DNA of 64,000 bases. It comes from an uncultured delta proteobacterium (lineage in GTDB: Bacteria; Desulfobacterota; Binatia; UBA9968). The DNA lies in assembly GCA_963804165.1 (NCBI GenBank), contig CAWDPO010000006.1:96001-160000 (forward strand). The letters run 5' to 3'. The notes below the pieces were generated by a model. That model saw only the letters and a list, made by a program, of their open reading frames with translations. It made no database searches and was not told the DNA's origin. Made by a program: the position numbers and the translations under genes. This document shows positions 30,376 through 41,044 of the stretch, piece after piece. Position 1 is the stretch's first letter. Every line of letters begins with the position of its first letter.

Positions 30376-30576
30376 ATGGGCCAATTAGATAAAGACGGAA
30401 TCCTCACACTACAGGAGCTGATGATAACGGCGCTAGCCACGGCTGACCTCGTAGCCAAGCTCTTGATCGAGAAAGGCGTAATTACGAAAGAAGAGTTCGA
30501 CATGAAGCTCTTCGGTGAGCGCGCGAATTATCAGGGACTGTTGCAGCGGCTCGGAGAAACTCCCATCGACGCCTGA
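30376..30576 (+). CDS. Small hypothetical protein (66 aa)
   Basis: AAGGGA RBS; protein-like helical sequence (LLIEKGVITKEEF). Confidence 0.6.
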   Translation: MGQLDKDGILTLQELMITALATADLVAKLLIEKGVITKEEFDMKLFGERANYQGLLQRLGETPIDA

Positions 30577-30770
30577 CGTAAGGCGACAAGATGAGGCCAG
30601 GTCTCCCCGCGCGTTCAGCCCTTTTACTCGATGACACCATTTGAAGTTTAGCGAAAACGCCCTGTCCTCAGTTGTCCGCAATTTCTATTTCCGGCGCGCG
30701 AAGTTCAAACGCCCTGGGCTGAACCAGATGTTGCATACATTGTCCGTAAGCGTGCCGGCGTAATTCCTCC

Positions 30771-31964
30771 ATGTCGTTTGCACAAGCAATCGCCTGCTCG
30801 CGCTGTGAGAAGCACTTCACTCTGTCTGAATTGTTGAACCTCTGCCCTTGCGGGTCGCCTCTGCTGGTTCGCTACGACCTTGAAGAGGCGAAATCAGCTT
30901 TCGCTAAGACTGCACTCGCGGGTCGAGTTGCTTCACTGTGGCGCTACCGCGAGCTCTTGCCGCTGCAAGATGACGCCAATCTGATTTCCCTGGGCGAGGG
31001 CTACACACCGCTTCTCGACGCGAAGAAACTCAGTGCCGAGCTTGACTTGCGGCGACTGTGGATCAAGGACGAAGCACAAAACCCGACCGGCTCGTTCAAG
31101 GACAGAGGGCTTTCGCTGGCGATCTCGCGGGCGAAAGAGCTCGGCGTAAAAAAAGCCGCGATTCCGTCGGCCGGCAACGCCGGCGGATCTTTCGCGGCCT
31201 ATGCGGCGCACGCAGGCATAGAAGCCCACGTGTTCATGCCGCGCGATACGCCCGCGGCCAATCAAATCGAAGTCGCGCAGTACGGTGCCAAGCTCACGCT
31301 CATCGACGGTCTTATTAACGACTGCGGCCGGATCATCGCCGAGAGGAAAGCTACGGAAGGTTGGTTCGATGTCTCGACGCTGAAAGAGCCCTATCGTGTC
31401 GAAGGCAAGAAGACGATGGGATACGAAATCGCCGAGCAGCTCAATTGGCATCTGCCGGATGTGATTATCTATCCCACCGGCGGCGGCACGGGGCTCATCG
31501 GCATGTGGAAAGCATTTGGCGAGCTCGAAGAGCTAGGCTGGATCGGCAGCGCGCGGCCGCGCATGGTTTCGGTTCAAGCCAGCGGTTGCGCGCCGATCGT
31601 CAAAGCGTTTAGCGATAACAAGGCAACCGCCGAGCCGTGGCTGAATGCGCAAACCGTCGCTTCCGGTCTGCGCGTGCCCCAGGCGGTTGCGGATTTCCTA
31701 ATGCTACAGATCCTCCGCGAGAGCGGCGGCACAGCGCTAAGTGTCAGCGACGATGAAATGTTGGCGGAGATTCCGCGAGTGGGAAAAGTCGAGGGGATTT
31801 TTTTCTGCCCCGAGGGCGCCGCGTGCGTAGCGGCGCTGCGCCGTCTGGTCGCCAACGGGTGGATCAAATCCGACGACGCGGTGATTATTTTCAACACCGC
31901 CAGCGGCCTCAAGTATCTGGACGTTATCCAAAGAAATGTTTCTAAGACGGATCTACCGAGATAG
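30771..31964 (+). CDS. thrC: Threonine synthase (PLP fold II)
   Basis: N-terminal CxxC..CxC; SLGEGYTPL, KDEAQNPTGSFKDRG, SAGNAG, EGKKTMGYE, PTGGGTG. Confidence 0.88.
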   Translation: MSFAQAIACSRCEKHFTLSELLNLCPCGSPLLVRYDLEEAKSAFAKTALAGRVASLWRYRELLPLQDDANLISLGEGYTPLLDAKKLSAELDLRRLWIKDEAQNPTGSFKDRGLSLAISRAKELGVKKAAIPSAGNAGGSFAAYAAHAGIEAHVFMPRDTPAANQIEVAQYGAKLTLIDGLINDCGRIIAERKATEGWFDVSTLKEPYRVEGKKTMGYEIAEQLNWHLPDVIIYPTGGGTGLIGMWKAFGELEELGWIGSARPRMVSVQASGCAPIVKAFSDNKATAEPWLNAQTVASGLRVPQAVADFLMLQILRESGGTALSVSDDEMLAEIPRVGKVEGIFFCPEGAACVAALRRLVANGWIKSDDAVIIFNTASGLKYLDVIQRNVSKTDLPR

Positions 31965-32077
31965 CTCTGAGAAATGTCACGCTTTGCTGCGCCCGGATTT
32001 CCGCGCCAGGACTCGCCATCGCCATCAACAAAGAGCCGTGAACTAGGATCGAAATGCGGGTCTAAGGTGCTTTAACG

Positions 32078-33124
32078 CTACTCGCGATAGCGCGCCTGGA
32101 GCTGCGCAAGAAAACCGCTCTCCTCCAGCTTGCGCATCAGAGTGATGTCCATAAGATTCGCCGGATTGACATCGTTGAGTCGAGGATTTTGCATCGCCAA
32201 GAGTCTTTGCATGTTCCGCAGCCCCTCGATGGATGGGTAAGGCTTCGGGTCGAATTCTTTGAGCACGTCCGCATAGCCCTCCTCCGCGGCGGAGGGATCG
32301 GCAAGCTTGAGCCGTTTCACAATAGTCTTGATCACCTGGGATTTGTTGCTGGGCGCCAGGACGTAATATTCCGCCTCGATCAATGCCTTCATGATGCTCT
32401 CGAGGATCTCGGGGTTTTTCTGCAGAGCGATTTTTCTCGCGACGATCCCCGTCGCCGCCATCGCCGGTGTCACCTCGGTCAACAACGAAAAACCCTTTTG
32501 TTTGAGTCCAGGAATATAAGTACGGGAGGTCAAAACCGCCGCGTCGATCACGTGTGATTCCAGCGCCGGAGCGATCACCGTTTGATCGCCGATGACGAGG
32601 AGGTGAATCCGGTCCCGCGCCGCATCCAATCCGAGCTGTTCCAAAGTCAGCATGACGTACATCCATAGAGTTCCGCCGATGCTCTGCACGCCGATCCGTT
32701 TTCCCGCCAGATCCGCCGGCTTTTTGATTTCCGGACGGACCATTAAATAGCCCCTGCCGCGGCTGACAAAGCTCGCGACCATCTTCAGCTCCACGCCGGC
32801 CGCCGCCGCGCCCAGGACCGTGGTTCCTCCCGTGTAACCGACGTCGATATCGCCGGCGGCGATACCTGCCGTCAGGATCTGATTGTTGCGCACCAGCACG
32901 ATTTGTGACGTGAGGCCGTACTTGCCGAAAAAATCCAAGTCTTGGGCAATCCACAGCGGCGCGACTCGCGGGCTGGGACTGGGAAATCCGATCACAACTC
33001 GGGTGGGCGCGGAAGCAGCACGGGTCACGTGGGCCGGCGCTAAAATGCCACAGATGATCAGTGCGACCACCAAGCAACACCGAAATCGCAGGCGATAATT
33101 TGCAAAAGTGGAAAAGCGCGCCAT
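32078..33124 (-). CDS. ABC transporter substrate-binding protein, NMT1/THI5-like
   Basis: Signal peptide; APLWIAQDLDFFGKYGL, DLAGKRIGVQSIGG, RKLEESGFL. Confidence 0.88.
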   Translation of the reverse strand: MARFSTFANYRLRFRCCLVVALIICGILAPAHVTRAASAPTRVVIGFPSPSPRVAPLWIAQDLDFFGKYGLTSQIVLVRNNQILTAGIAAGDIDVGYTGGTTVLGAAAAGVELKMVASFVSRGRGYLMVRPEIKKPADLAGKRIGVQSIGGTLWMYVMLTLEQLGLDAARDRIHLLVIGDQTVIAPALESHVIDAAVLTSRTYIPGLKQKGFSLLTEVTPAMAATGIVARKIALQKNPEILESIMKALIEAEYYVLAPSNKSQVIKTIVKRLKLADPSAAEEGYADVLKEFDPKPYPSIEGLRNMQRLLAMQNPRLNDVNPANLMDITLMRKLEESGFLAQLQARYRE

Positions 33125-33614
33125 GGGATGACTCCATTCTGCTGGCAAATCGAACGCCACGAAATTACTCGACTGCATGTCAAAGTTGCAAGGGCAAATA
33201 AAAGACTGACTTTTCTAATACTTTCTCGCTTTTCTCGTTGCTGCGAATTTCGCGACGCAGTCCCAATTCTAAACCCGGATCGTCGGTGTAATGTCGGTGT
33301 AATGAAGTTGGTAAACTTCCAGCATTTCATTGTCCGCTCGGTAGAGCGGAGGAAATTGACACATGAGAAACATTGCGTCACACAGATGGTTCAAAAAAAA
33401 TGGGGAACTGGGTTGACATCAGCTGAGCGTGCGCTAGACGTGAAATAAGGGTGTCGAGAAACGAGCCTGTCGACTTCTCATCCGGTTTTTCCAAATTTCG
33501 TCCTGCATTTCGGTTCTGGACGGGCTCAATCAATTCAAACGGAGAACGTGCATTTCATATAGCTGCCAAATCGTTGTGCGTTAGATTCGAAGAATTATTT
33601 GGAGGAAAAGGCGT

Positions 33615-33878
33615 ATGCGATTAAGAGAACACCCAAAGATCCAGTGGCCACCCAGTTGGTCGGAGTGGGACGAAAGATCCCTTAGCGGAGAAGAGGGGAT
33701 TTTGCGAGACATTGACTTTATTGAACCCGCCAAGCTTCTTCTAAGCAACGAGGTCGATGGGAAAGTCTATTTTGCCGAAATCTATTGCTTCAATACCGCC
33801 TTCGCTTCCAGACTGCGCGAAAAGCTTAAGCCCATTGTAGGGAAACCGATGAGAGAAGTGGGAGAACTGATTATTTAG
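33615..33878 (+). CDS. Hypothetical protein (87 aa)
   Basis: GGAGG RBS; lies just upstream of the FKBP gene; WPPSW motif. Confidence 0.6.
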   Translation: MRLREHPKIQWPPSWSEWDERSLSGEEGILRDIDFIEPAKLLLSNEVDGKVYFAEIYCFNTAFASRLREKLKPIVGKPMREVGELII

Positions 33879-33904
33879 AGCAACCTTAAAAAAAGGGGGA
33901 AGCT

Positions 33905-34351
33905 ATGGGACGAGCAAAACCAGGCGATACCGTTAAGGTTCATTACCGCGGCAAGCTGCGCGACGGGTCTGAATTCGATGCATCCTTCGATCGCGAGCCT
34001 CTCCAGTTTACCATCGGTGGCGGTCAAATCATCCCGGGTTTCGAGGAAGCCGTCGTGGGAATGAATCCGGGCGATGCCAAAACGGCGGAGCTACCGGTGG
34101 AAAAAGCTTTTGGGCCGTACCGTGAAGAAATGGTCACCGTGGTCAACAAACGTAAGCTCGCGGGGCGCTGGCGCGTGGATCCGAAGGTAGGTGAACACGT
34201 GGAAGTCCCTCAAGTAGAAGGACCACCCATGAATGTAACGATAACGGACGTCACCGAATCGGAAGTAACCCTGGATGCCAACCACCCTCTCGCAGGAAAG
34301 GATGTAACCTTTGATATTGAGTTGGTCGACATTGTTTATGCGGCACACTAA
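33905..34351 (+). CDS. FKBP-type peptidyl-prolyl isomerase (SlyD/SlpA-like)
   Basis: GDTVKVHYRGKL.DGSEFD, IIPGFEEAVVGM, LDANHPLAGK. Confidence 0.93.
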   Translation: MGRAKPGDTVKVHYRGKLRDGSEFDASFDREPLQFTIGGGQIIPGFEEAVVGMNPGDAKTAELPVEKAFGPYREEMVTVVNKRKLAGRWRVDPKVGEHVEVPQVEGPPMNVTITDVTESEVTLDANHPLAGKDVTFDIELVDIVYAAH

Positions 34352-34534
34352 ATGCTTTTGAAACCCCAGTGCGTGAGCGACCCTATTGGGACCCTAATCA
34401 TCGTCATCCTCATACAGCCAATCCGAGTCCCAATCGGTTACAACCCACGAACGGAGCCTCAAAAACATATCAGCGAGCCATTTCAGCAACGCGGAAATTG
34501 GCGCAATCATGGTATTAACCATCGTACCTGATCT

Positions 34535-36277
34535 TTACTGCAGTACTTCCTCTCTTTGCTTCAAGAGCTGCAACTCTTCCTCGCCGAATTCTTTGAATCC
34601 ATTCTCAGCCTGGACCGCTCGAGTGATCAGGTCGGCCATCTGCCGGGCCGAATGGAGTCTGGCGATGTAAACGAAATCAGCGCCCTCTTCGTAGAGCTCC
34701 ACCGCAGACGAAATATTGTCCGCGGCGGCGATGACCTGCGCGTTCGGATAAAGGCGCCGCGCCTGGCGCAGCAGTCGCAGGTTGGTCGTTCCCCGTAATA
34801 TCGCATCCGAGATCGTGCACGCGACGATCTTCGCCGAATGGATATGAGCGAGGTGCAGTGTGTCCATGTTGGCCACGTCGCCGTAGAGACATCTGATCCG
34901 CCGGCGCTTGAGCTCTTCAAGCACCAGAGGATTGAAATCGATCACCAGGATCTGGCTTAGAACACCGTCGCCATTTGCCTCTTGGGACCGCAATTCCAAT
35001 TCGTGGATAATCGAGCTGGCCTCACGAAAACAACCGAGAAAGACAATTGAGTTTTCCTCCTCATCCGCAACGTCGGGGGTCAATTCCCCGTCCGTGGTAA
35101 AACCTACTTTAGCCAGCAGGCGGGCCAGCAGGCGTTGGATTTCGTGATTGTACGCGACCAGATAGGTCGACAGGACCGAGGTGATTGCAAAGACACAAGT
35201 AAGAACGGCGACGAGCTCGGCACTGATGTGGTCTAGAGACAGGCCCAAAGACGCGATCACGAGAGAAAATTCGCTCATCTGCGCGAGATTGATCGAAGGT
35301 ATCAGGCTAGCCCGCAAACCGTTGCCGAGCAGGTAGAGCACCGGAAAAATGGCGAGGAGGCGGCTGACGAAGACGAAGAGCGACATGGCGACGGCAGCCG
35401 TGACAATCGATAATGAAGGTTGCGGAATCTTCATGCCAAGCGCGACGAAAAATAGCGTGACGAAAAAATCTCGGATGTTGATCACTTTGGCGATGACGTC
35501 GACGTTGTAGGGAAACGTCGACATGCTGACACCAGCGATGAGCGCTCCCATCTCCCGCGAAAGTCCCAGCCAATCGGCGGCGCCGCTCACCAGAAAACAC
35601 CACGCAAGCGCCGCGACCAACATGAGCTCAGGCACCTTGGCCACGAACGAGAAAAACCTTGGCAGTGCGTAGCGGCTCACTGCCAGCGTTATCAAAACCA
35701 GTGCGACGCCTTTTGTGAAGGACGCCAAAAGAATTCCAACCTGGGGATCGTCCAGGTCCGGCTGCAGCGCGAGAAAGGCAATCGCCCAGATGTCCTGAAA
35801 TACGAGAACGCCGAGGGTGATCCGCCCAGGCAAGGTCGTCAGCTCGAATTTATCGTAGAGCAGCTTCACCACGATCAGCGTACTGCTGAGCGCCAATGTT
35901 ACGGCCAAGTAGATCCAGTCGAAATTGCCTTTGCGCGGTGCGTATCCCATCAGAAACGCCAACCCGATCCCCAGGGCGACACATAAAAGGAATTGGCTGA
36001 CGCCCGCGACCAGGATCGTCCGCCCAGCGCCGAGAAGTTTTTTCAGATCGATTTCCAGTCCGATAATGAAAAGGAGGAGAATCAGGCCAATCTCCGAGAT
36101 CAAATCGATCGTCTCTTTATCCTTTACCCAGGCGAATCCGATCTCGGGGCCGATGACGACGCCCGCGACCAGGTAGCCGAGAATTACCGGTTGTTTCAGG
36201 AGCTTGGCGATGAACGCGCACAAGATCGCGATCGTAAAGGCGAGACCGATATTCGAGAGAAGGCTATGCTGGTCCAT
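34535..36277 (-). CDS. CPA2 cation:proton antiporter with TrkA-N/RCK domain (KefB/C-like)
   Basis: LLFIIGLE, LALSST, GVLVFQDI, AQMSEFSL; C-terminal VIDFNP..LYGD. Confidence 0.9.
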   Translation of the reverse strand: MDQHSLLSNIGLAFTIAILCAFIAKLLKQPVILGYLVAGVVIGPEIGFAWVKDKETIDLISEIGLILLLFIIGLEIDLKKLLGAGRTILVAGVSQFLLCVALGIGLAFLMGYAPRKGNFDWIYLAVTLALSSTLIVVKLLYDKFELTTLPGRITLGVLVFQDIWAIAFLALQPDLDDPQVGILLASFTKGVALVLITLAVSRYALPRFFSFVAKVPELMLVAALAWCFLVSGAADWLGLSREMGALIAGVSMSTFPYNVDVIAKVINIRDFFVTLFFVALGMKIPQPSLSIVTAAVAMSLFVFVSRLLAIFPVLYLLGNGLRASLIPSINLAQMSEFSLVIASLGLSLDHISAELVAVLTCVFAITSVLSTYLVAYNHEIQRLLARLLAKVGFTTDGELTPDVADEEENSIVFLGCFREASSIIHELELRSQEANGDGVLSQILVIDFNPLVLEELKRRRIRCLYGDVANMDTLHLAHIHSAKIVACTISDAILRGTTNLRLLRQARRLYPNAQVIAAADNISSAVELYEEGADFVYIARLHSARQMADLITRAVQAENGFKEFGEEELQLLKQREEVLQ

Positions 36278-36473
36278 ACGGGTTATAGTAGTCGAGAGAG
36301 CCGAGAAAAAGCGAGAGCTTCACCCGGACACTTGAGGAGAATTAATACCGACGCAGAAAAATTGGCAGCAGCAGTCACGTCCGGCGGGCGCCTGAATTTG
36401 CTGCCCGCAACACAAAAGATTTCAATGTTCCAGCGTTGGCAAATCGAAGCCACGGTGATAAAAAGGACAGCGT

Positions 36474-36761
36474 ATGCCTGCCTATGAGATTTACGTGCTA
36501 TGCAACGAGTGCAACCGCGAGCATCCGATACTTATGAAGATTCATTTGGACCAGGGTCCGGACCATAAGCAGAGCATTGCCGAGTTCTTTCGCGGCGGAG
36601 CAGTGCCTCCCCAGGTCGCTCCGATCAAGGGCCACAAAGCCTTGTGCCTAAGGACGGGCAAAACGTTTCGACTCGAAAGAGATGACCAGATTTTTCTGGT
36701 ACCGCCCACCGTCAAAAACCTACCACACCGCCAGATCCCCTTGATGCCCGACGCCACTTGA
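36474..36761 (+). CDS. Hypothetical protein with CxxC (possible zinc ribbon)
   Basis: AAGGA RBS; CNECNREHP...CLRTG. Confidence 0.55.
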   Translation: MPAYEIYVLCNECNREHPILMKIHLDQGPDHKQSIAEFFRGGAVPPQVAPIKGHKALCLRTGKTFRLERDDQIFLVPPTVKNLPHRQIPLMPDAT

Positions 36762-36908
36762 GCGACCGCAGCCGGGCCGAAACAATTACGCTTGACCGCG
36801 ATCTCGCGCGCCAATAAGTTCCCGACTAACCACGCTCGGCACAGCCATACGCGTCGAGGGCCCATCGAGTTGGCGGGCCTTGTCGATGAGGGATAACGGA
36901 GGTGAACA

Positions 36909-37958
36909 ATGAAAATGGTAGCCGCGACGTTCTTTTTCCTTTTTTTCATCAGCGCATCCGCATGGACTCAAACCAACAAGCCGTCGTCGTCGGCTGCCGA
37001 CTTGGCATCCTACACCGGAGCGGATCGCGAGCGCTTGCTGCTCGACGGCGCAAAACGGGAAGGCAAAGTTGTCTGGTACACAACTCTCGCCGCCGAACAG
37101 AACAAGCAAATTGCCGGTGCCTTCGAAGCGAGATATCCCGGCGTGAGAGTGGAGACGTTTCGCACCGGATCATCGGCGCTGGCTCAACGTGTGCTCACGG
37201 AGGCGAAGGCAAAACGCCACATCGCCGACGCGATCGAGACGACGCTGCCCGGGTTGCTCACATTTCGCGAAAACCAGTTACTACTCCCCTACACTTCGCC
37301 CCACCTCACCGCGTTTCCCGAGGACGCCAAAGAGAGAGCTTCTAAAAATCTCGTTTTATGGACGCATGTGCGTGAATCCTACATCGGTTTCGCTTACAAC
37401 AAGAATTTCTTAAACGCCGCGGACGTGCCCAAAAACTTCGATGGCTTAGTGAAGCCGGCCCTGCGCGATAACATGGGCTTGTCGGGAGATGACACCGGCG
37501 CGCGCATCATTGGCGCCATGGTCAAGGCGAAAGGCGACGGCTTTGTAAGAAAATTGAAAGAACAGAATATAAGAATGCACATGATGGCGGGCAGCGCTTT
37601 GACTCAGCTCGTCGCCGCCGGAGAAATCTTTGCGTCGCCCAGTCAGTTCTATAGCGCGACCAACGTCGCTGCCAAGCGCGGCGCGCCGGTGGCGTGGGTT
37701 CCGATGGATCTGGTGGTCGCCAACGCTGGCGGCGCGGCGGTTTACGCCAACGCGCCGCGGCCGCATTCGGCGCTACTCTTTGCCGATTTTCTCCTGAGTT
37801 CCGAGGGGCAAAAGCTGCTCGAAGATTTGTACTTCGGCAGCGCCAGGAAGGATTACGGATTTAAGCGCTGGTACCCGGAAAGAGGCGGGTCGATCGCTCA
37901 GTACGAAGAAGCGCTGGAGGGATGGCACAAACTGCTCAAAGAAGTCACGCGCAAATGA
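36909..37958 (+). CDS. Extracellular solute-binding protein (Fe3+-type SBP family)
   Basis: GGAGG RBS; GAKREGKVVWYT, APRPHSALLFADFLLSSEGQ. Confidence 0.87.
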   Translation: MKMVAATFFFLFFISASAWTQTNKPSSSAADLASYTGADRERLLLDGAKREGKVVWYTTLAAEQNKQIAGAFEARYPGVRVETFRTGSSALAQRVLTEAKAKRHIADAIETTLPGLLTFRENQLLLPYTSPHLTAFPEDAKERASKNLVLWTHVRESYIGFAYNKNFLNAADVPKNFDGLVKPALRDNMGLSGDDTGARIIGAMVKAKGDGFVRKLKEQNIRMHMMAGSALTQLVAAGEIFASPSQFYSATNVAAKRGAPVAWVPMDLVVANAGGAAVYANAPRPHSALLFADFLLSSEGQKLLEDLYFGSARKDYGFKRWYPERGGSIAQYEEALEGWHKLLKEVTRK

Positions 37959-38195
37959 CCGCTCCGGCGCGCGTCCACTGAATCGAGAATTTATCTGCGA
38001 CATCCTGCCGCGGGCTGTTGAGCAAATCAAATTACGGTCATCAAGAGTAACGAATTGACCGTAGCACTGGCGGGATGCAGTGCCGCCCGATCGTGCGTCA
38101 CGGCATCCATCGAATGCTTTTGAGCTCAGTGCCGATCATCCGAGACTTGAAAAAGTTGAAAGCGATGCGGTTGTCGGGCCGCATATTTTATGAAT

Positions 38196-39182
38196 TCAGT
38201 TATTAATCACGGCGCGGAAGCGCACTTTACCTTCGACGACTCGTTCATACGCCTTGTTGATGTCGCTTAGCGGGTATGTTTCAGCGATGACTTTTACCTT
38301 GCCCCGTGCCGCGTAGTCGAGTGCTTCATAGAGATGTTCGCGGCTGTTTTGCTGCGAGCCGATGATGCGGATCCGCTTCATGATGAGGTCGGCGCCGGAG
38401 ATTGCGAGCGGCTTGGCTTCGAAGCCCATTAGGACCAACCGTCCGTCGGGCCGAAGACCCTGAATGGTGTCCACCATGGCGTCGTTCGAGTTGCTCGTGC
38501 CGAGAACGATATCGGCGCCACCTATATCGGCCAACCCTTTGCCGTTGCGTACAATCTCGTCGGCGCCTAGAGAACGAATAAACTTATCCTTGTCGGGAGA
38601 ACGGGAAATCGCAATCGTTGTGAACCCCGCGGCTTTGGCGTACTGGACGGCCAAGTGTCCCAGGCCCCCGATGCCGACCACGGCCACGCGTTCGCCGGGC
38701 AGCGGATCCGCCCAGCGCAAGCCGGACCAAACCGTATAGCCGGCGCAGAAAATCGGCGCGGCTTGTTCATAGGAAAGACCGTCGGGAAGGGGCATCGTCG
38801 CATCCGCGTAGGCGAGCATATACTCCGCGTGGCCGCCTGGCACTTCAACGCCGGTGCTGATTTGTTCTGCGCAAAACATCGGCCGCCCGCGCAGACACCA
38901 CTCGCAGCGGCCGCAGGAGGCCTGAATCCAGGGCACACCGACACGGTCGCCCGCTCGGCGCGTCCTGACACCAGGCCCGACGGCGACGATCTCACCGACC
39001 GGCTCGTGTCCAAGTATGCGCGGAAATGCTCCCGGCAGCTCGCCGGCGGTAAGATGCACGTCGGTGTAACACAGACCGCTCGCGTGAATCTTGATCAGAA
39101 CTTGATTCGCCGCCGGCTCAGGCGTCGGCACCTCTTTGACTTCCCATTTGCGATTAACGGCTGGAACGACTGCTGCTTTCAT
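38196..39182 (-). CDS. Zinc-dependent alcohol dehydrogenase
   Basis: GLCYTD, GHEPVG, CGRCEWC..C, CAGYT, GIGGLGH. Confidence 0.93.
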   Translation of the reverse strand: MKAAVVPAVNRKWEVKEVPTPEPAANQVLIKIHASGLCYTDVHLTAGELPGAFPRILGHEPVGEIVAVGPGVRTRRAGDRVGVPWIQASCGRCEWCLRGRPMFCAEQISTGVEVPGGHAEYMLAYADATMPLPDGLSYEQAAPIFCAGYTVWSGLRWADPLPGERVAVVGIGGLGHLAVQYAKAAGFTTIAISRSPDKDKFIRSLGADEIVRNGKGLADIGGADIVLGTSNSNDAMVDTIQGLRPDGRLVLMGFEAKPLAISGADLIMKRIRIIGSQQNSREHLYEALDYAARGKVKVIAETYPLSDINKAYERVVEGKVRFRAVINN

Positions 39183-39287
39183 GATTTGTTTCCTTTCGCT
39201 GGTAGATGTGTTGCTTTTGCCCATCGGTTACTCGACGAAACGACAAGAGAGAGGCCGCACCATGTTAACGTCCGTCATCCCGAACGA

Positions 39288-39420
39288 CAGACTGTGTAAA
39301 AACGCCGGTCATGGTTCGACTCGACTCACCACGAATGGCATGGTTTCATCAGAAATGAAGCATTTATCCGTTCGCCCTGAGCTTCGTACGAAGGGCTCTG
39401 ATAGAGTTTGACACAGTCTG
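39288..39420. mobile_element. MITE with CAGACTGTGT TIRs and a 4-bp ACGA target duplication
   Basis: ACGA|CAGACTGTGTAAAAAC...GTTTGACACAGTCTG|ACGA; carries REP-like arms internally. Confidence 0.78.
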
Positions 39421-39558
39421 ACGAACGCGAGAATCGAAATGACAACACTCGCACCTGACGCTCCTTGCGCTTTTGCGCGGTAATTCCGACCTTGTGCTCT
39501 TCGCGTCTTTCGTGGTGAAACGTCTTTGCTTCCTTTTCTTTGCTTCTTACTATTGCAG

Positions 39559-40614
39559 TTACGCCACCGGGATCGCCTGCAATTCCAGCAATTCGGGCTT
39601 GTCGCCCGCTATAGCGACTGCGGAACCGTTGATCTGTTCGTGCGGTGTGCCGAGCGCGATCGCGCTGGCCGCATCTAGGCGCGCGACCTGGTCTTGTGAG
39701 AGCGTCACATTAACAGCGCCGAGCGTGGCATCGAGCTGTTCGCGCGTGCGCGAGCCGAGGATCGGGATCAGACTGGTCGTAGACCGCCGCGCCTTATGCA
39801 ACAGCCAGGCGATTGCAATCTCAGTCGCGAACGCGCCGACCTCTTTCGCGACCGCCAGAACGGCATCCAGGATGGCCGTCTCACGCGCCGTCTTCTCGGT
39901 ATGGACCAGCACGCTCATCCTCGAGTTCAGCCGCCCTCCATCGCTCGAACGATACTTGCCGGTGAGAAATCCACCGCCGAGCGGCGACCACAGCGCCGCT
40001 CCCAGCCCCAACGCTTCCGCCATGGGCAAAAGTTCTCGATCTGCCGCGCGCTCCGCCAGGCTGTACTCAATCTGGATACCGGCGATGGGCGCCCATCCAC
40101 GCAACTCCGCCAACAGATCGGCGCGGGCAATTCGCCAGGCGGGAAAGTTGGAAAGGCCTGCGTAGTGAATCTTGCCGGCGCACACCAGGTCGAAGGCGCG
40201 CACGATCTCCTCCATCGGCGTCACGCCATCGGCGAAGTGTGCCCAGTAAAGATCGATGCGGTCGGTCTTGAGCCGCTTGAGACTTCCTTCAACCGAACGA
40301 ACCATGTTCTTGCGGCTATTGCCGGTGCGCGAGATGCCGTCAGTGGCAGTCGTTCCCAAAGTATACTTCGTGGCAAGAACAAAATAGTCGCGATCCGAGG
40401 AGATGAAGTCGCCGACCAGTTCCTCTGACTCGCCGAACTGATAGCTGTCGGCGGTATCGATAAAGTTGCCGCCGGCTTCGACATAGCTGTCGAAAACTTT
40501 CTTTGCCTCATCACGTTCAGCGCCATGCCCCCAGCGGGTGCCGAAGTTGCCCGCGCCCAACGCAAGTTCAGAAACACGCAAACCCGTGCGGCGGCCGAAG
40601 ATTTTATATCGCAT
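39559..40614 (-). CDS. Aldo/keto reductase
   Basis: GLRVSELALG, GGNFIDTADSY..GESE, LATKY, SLKRLKTDRIDLYWAH, WSPLGGGFLTGKY. Confidence 0.93.
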   Translation of the reverse strand: MRYKIFGRRTGLRVSELALGAGNFGTRWGHGAERDEAKKVFDSYVEAGGNFIDTADSYQFGESEELVGDFISSDRDYFVLATKYTLGTTATDGISRTGNSRKNMVRSVEGSLKRLKTDRIDLYWAHFADGVTPMEEIVRAFDLVCAGKIHYAGLSNFPAWRIARADLLAELRGWAPIAGIQIEYSLAERAADRELLPMAEALGLGAALWSPLGGGFLTGKYRSSDGGRLNSRMSVLVHTEKTARETAILDAVLAVAKEVGAFATEIAIAWLLHKARRSTTSLIPILGSRTREQLDATLGAVNVTLSQDQVARLDAASAIALGTPHEQINGSAVAIAGDKPELLELQAIPVA

Positions 40615-40648
40615 ACCGTTGCTCCTTAACTACATTAGAAGGTTTCGC

Positions 40649-40783
40649 TCACGCCTTGAAGAAGACGAGCAGATCTGCGTTGACTTGGTCCTTTTGGGTC
40701 GAGCACATCCCGTGCGACCCGCCTTTGTAGATCTTGAGTTGGGTGTTCCTGATCAGCTTGGACGAGAGCATGGCCGAAGCGCC
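40649..40783 (-). pseudogene. 3'-terminal remnant of a non-heme chloroperoxidase-type alpha/beta hydrolase
   Basis: Translated by hand: GASAMLSSKLIRNTQLKIYKGGSHGMCSTQKDQVNADLLVFFKA*; no 5' part is present. Confidence 0.75.
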
Positions 40784-41044
40784 CCGGAATTTTCTTTACC
40801 GACATTAATGCATGGCATCGGGAATTTCCTCTTCTTGTGGATGCGCTCGCTGCGCATATCACAGGATGCAACGAGAAGAGAGCAACGCGTGTGCCATTAC
40901 GAGTCAGCGTGCCGAATCTCGAAAATCATAACAATCATCACGCTGTCAAACATCTCGGATGGATCGTATCGAAAATCCCTTGCCTAATTATCGGCACCTG
41001 CCGAAATATCGCCTCATTCTTGGGCGCATAACAATAGGAATGTA

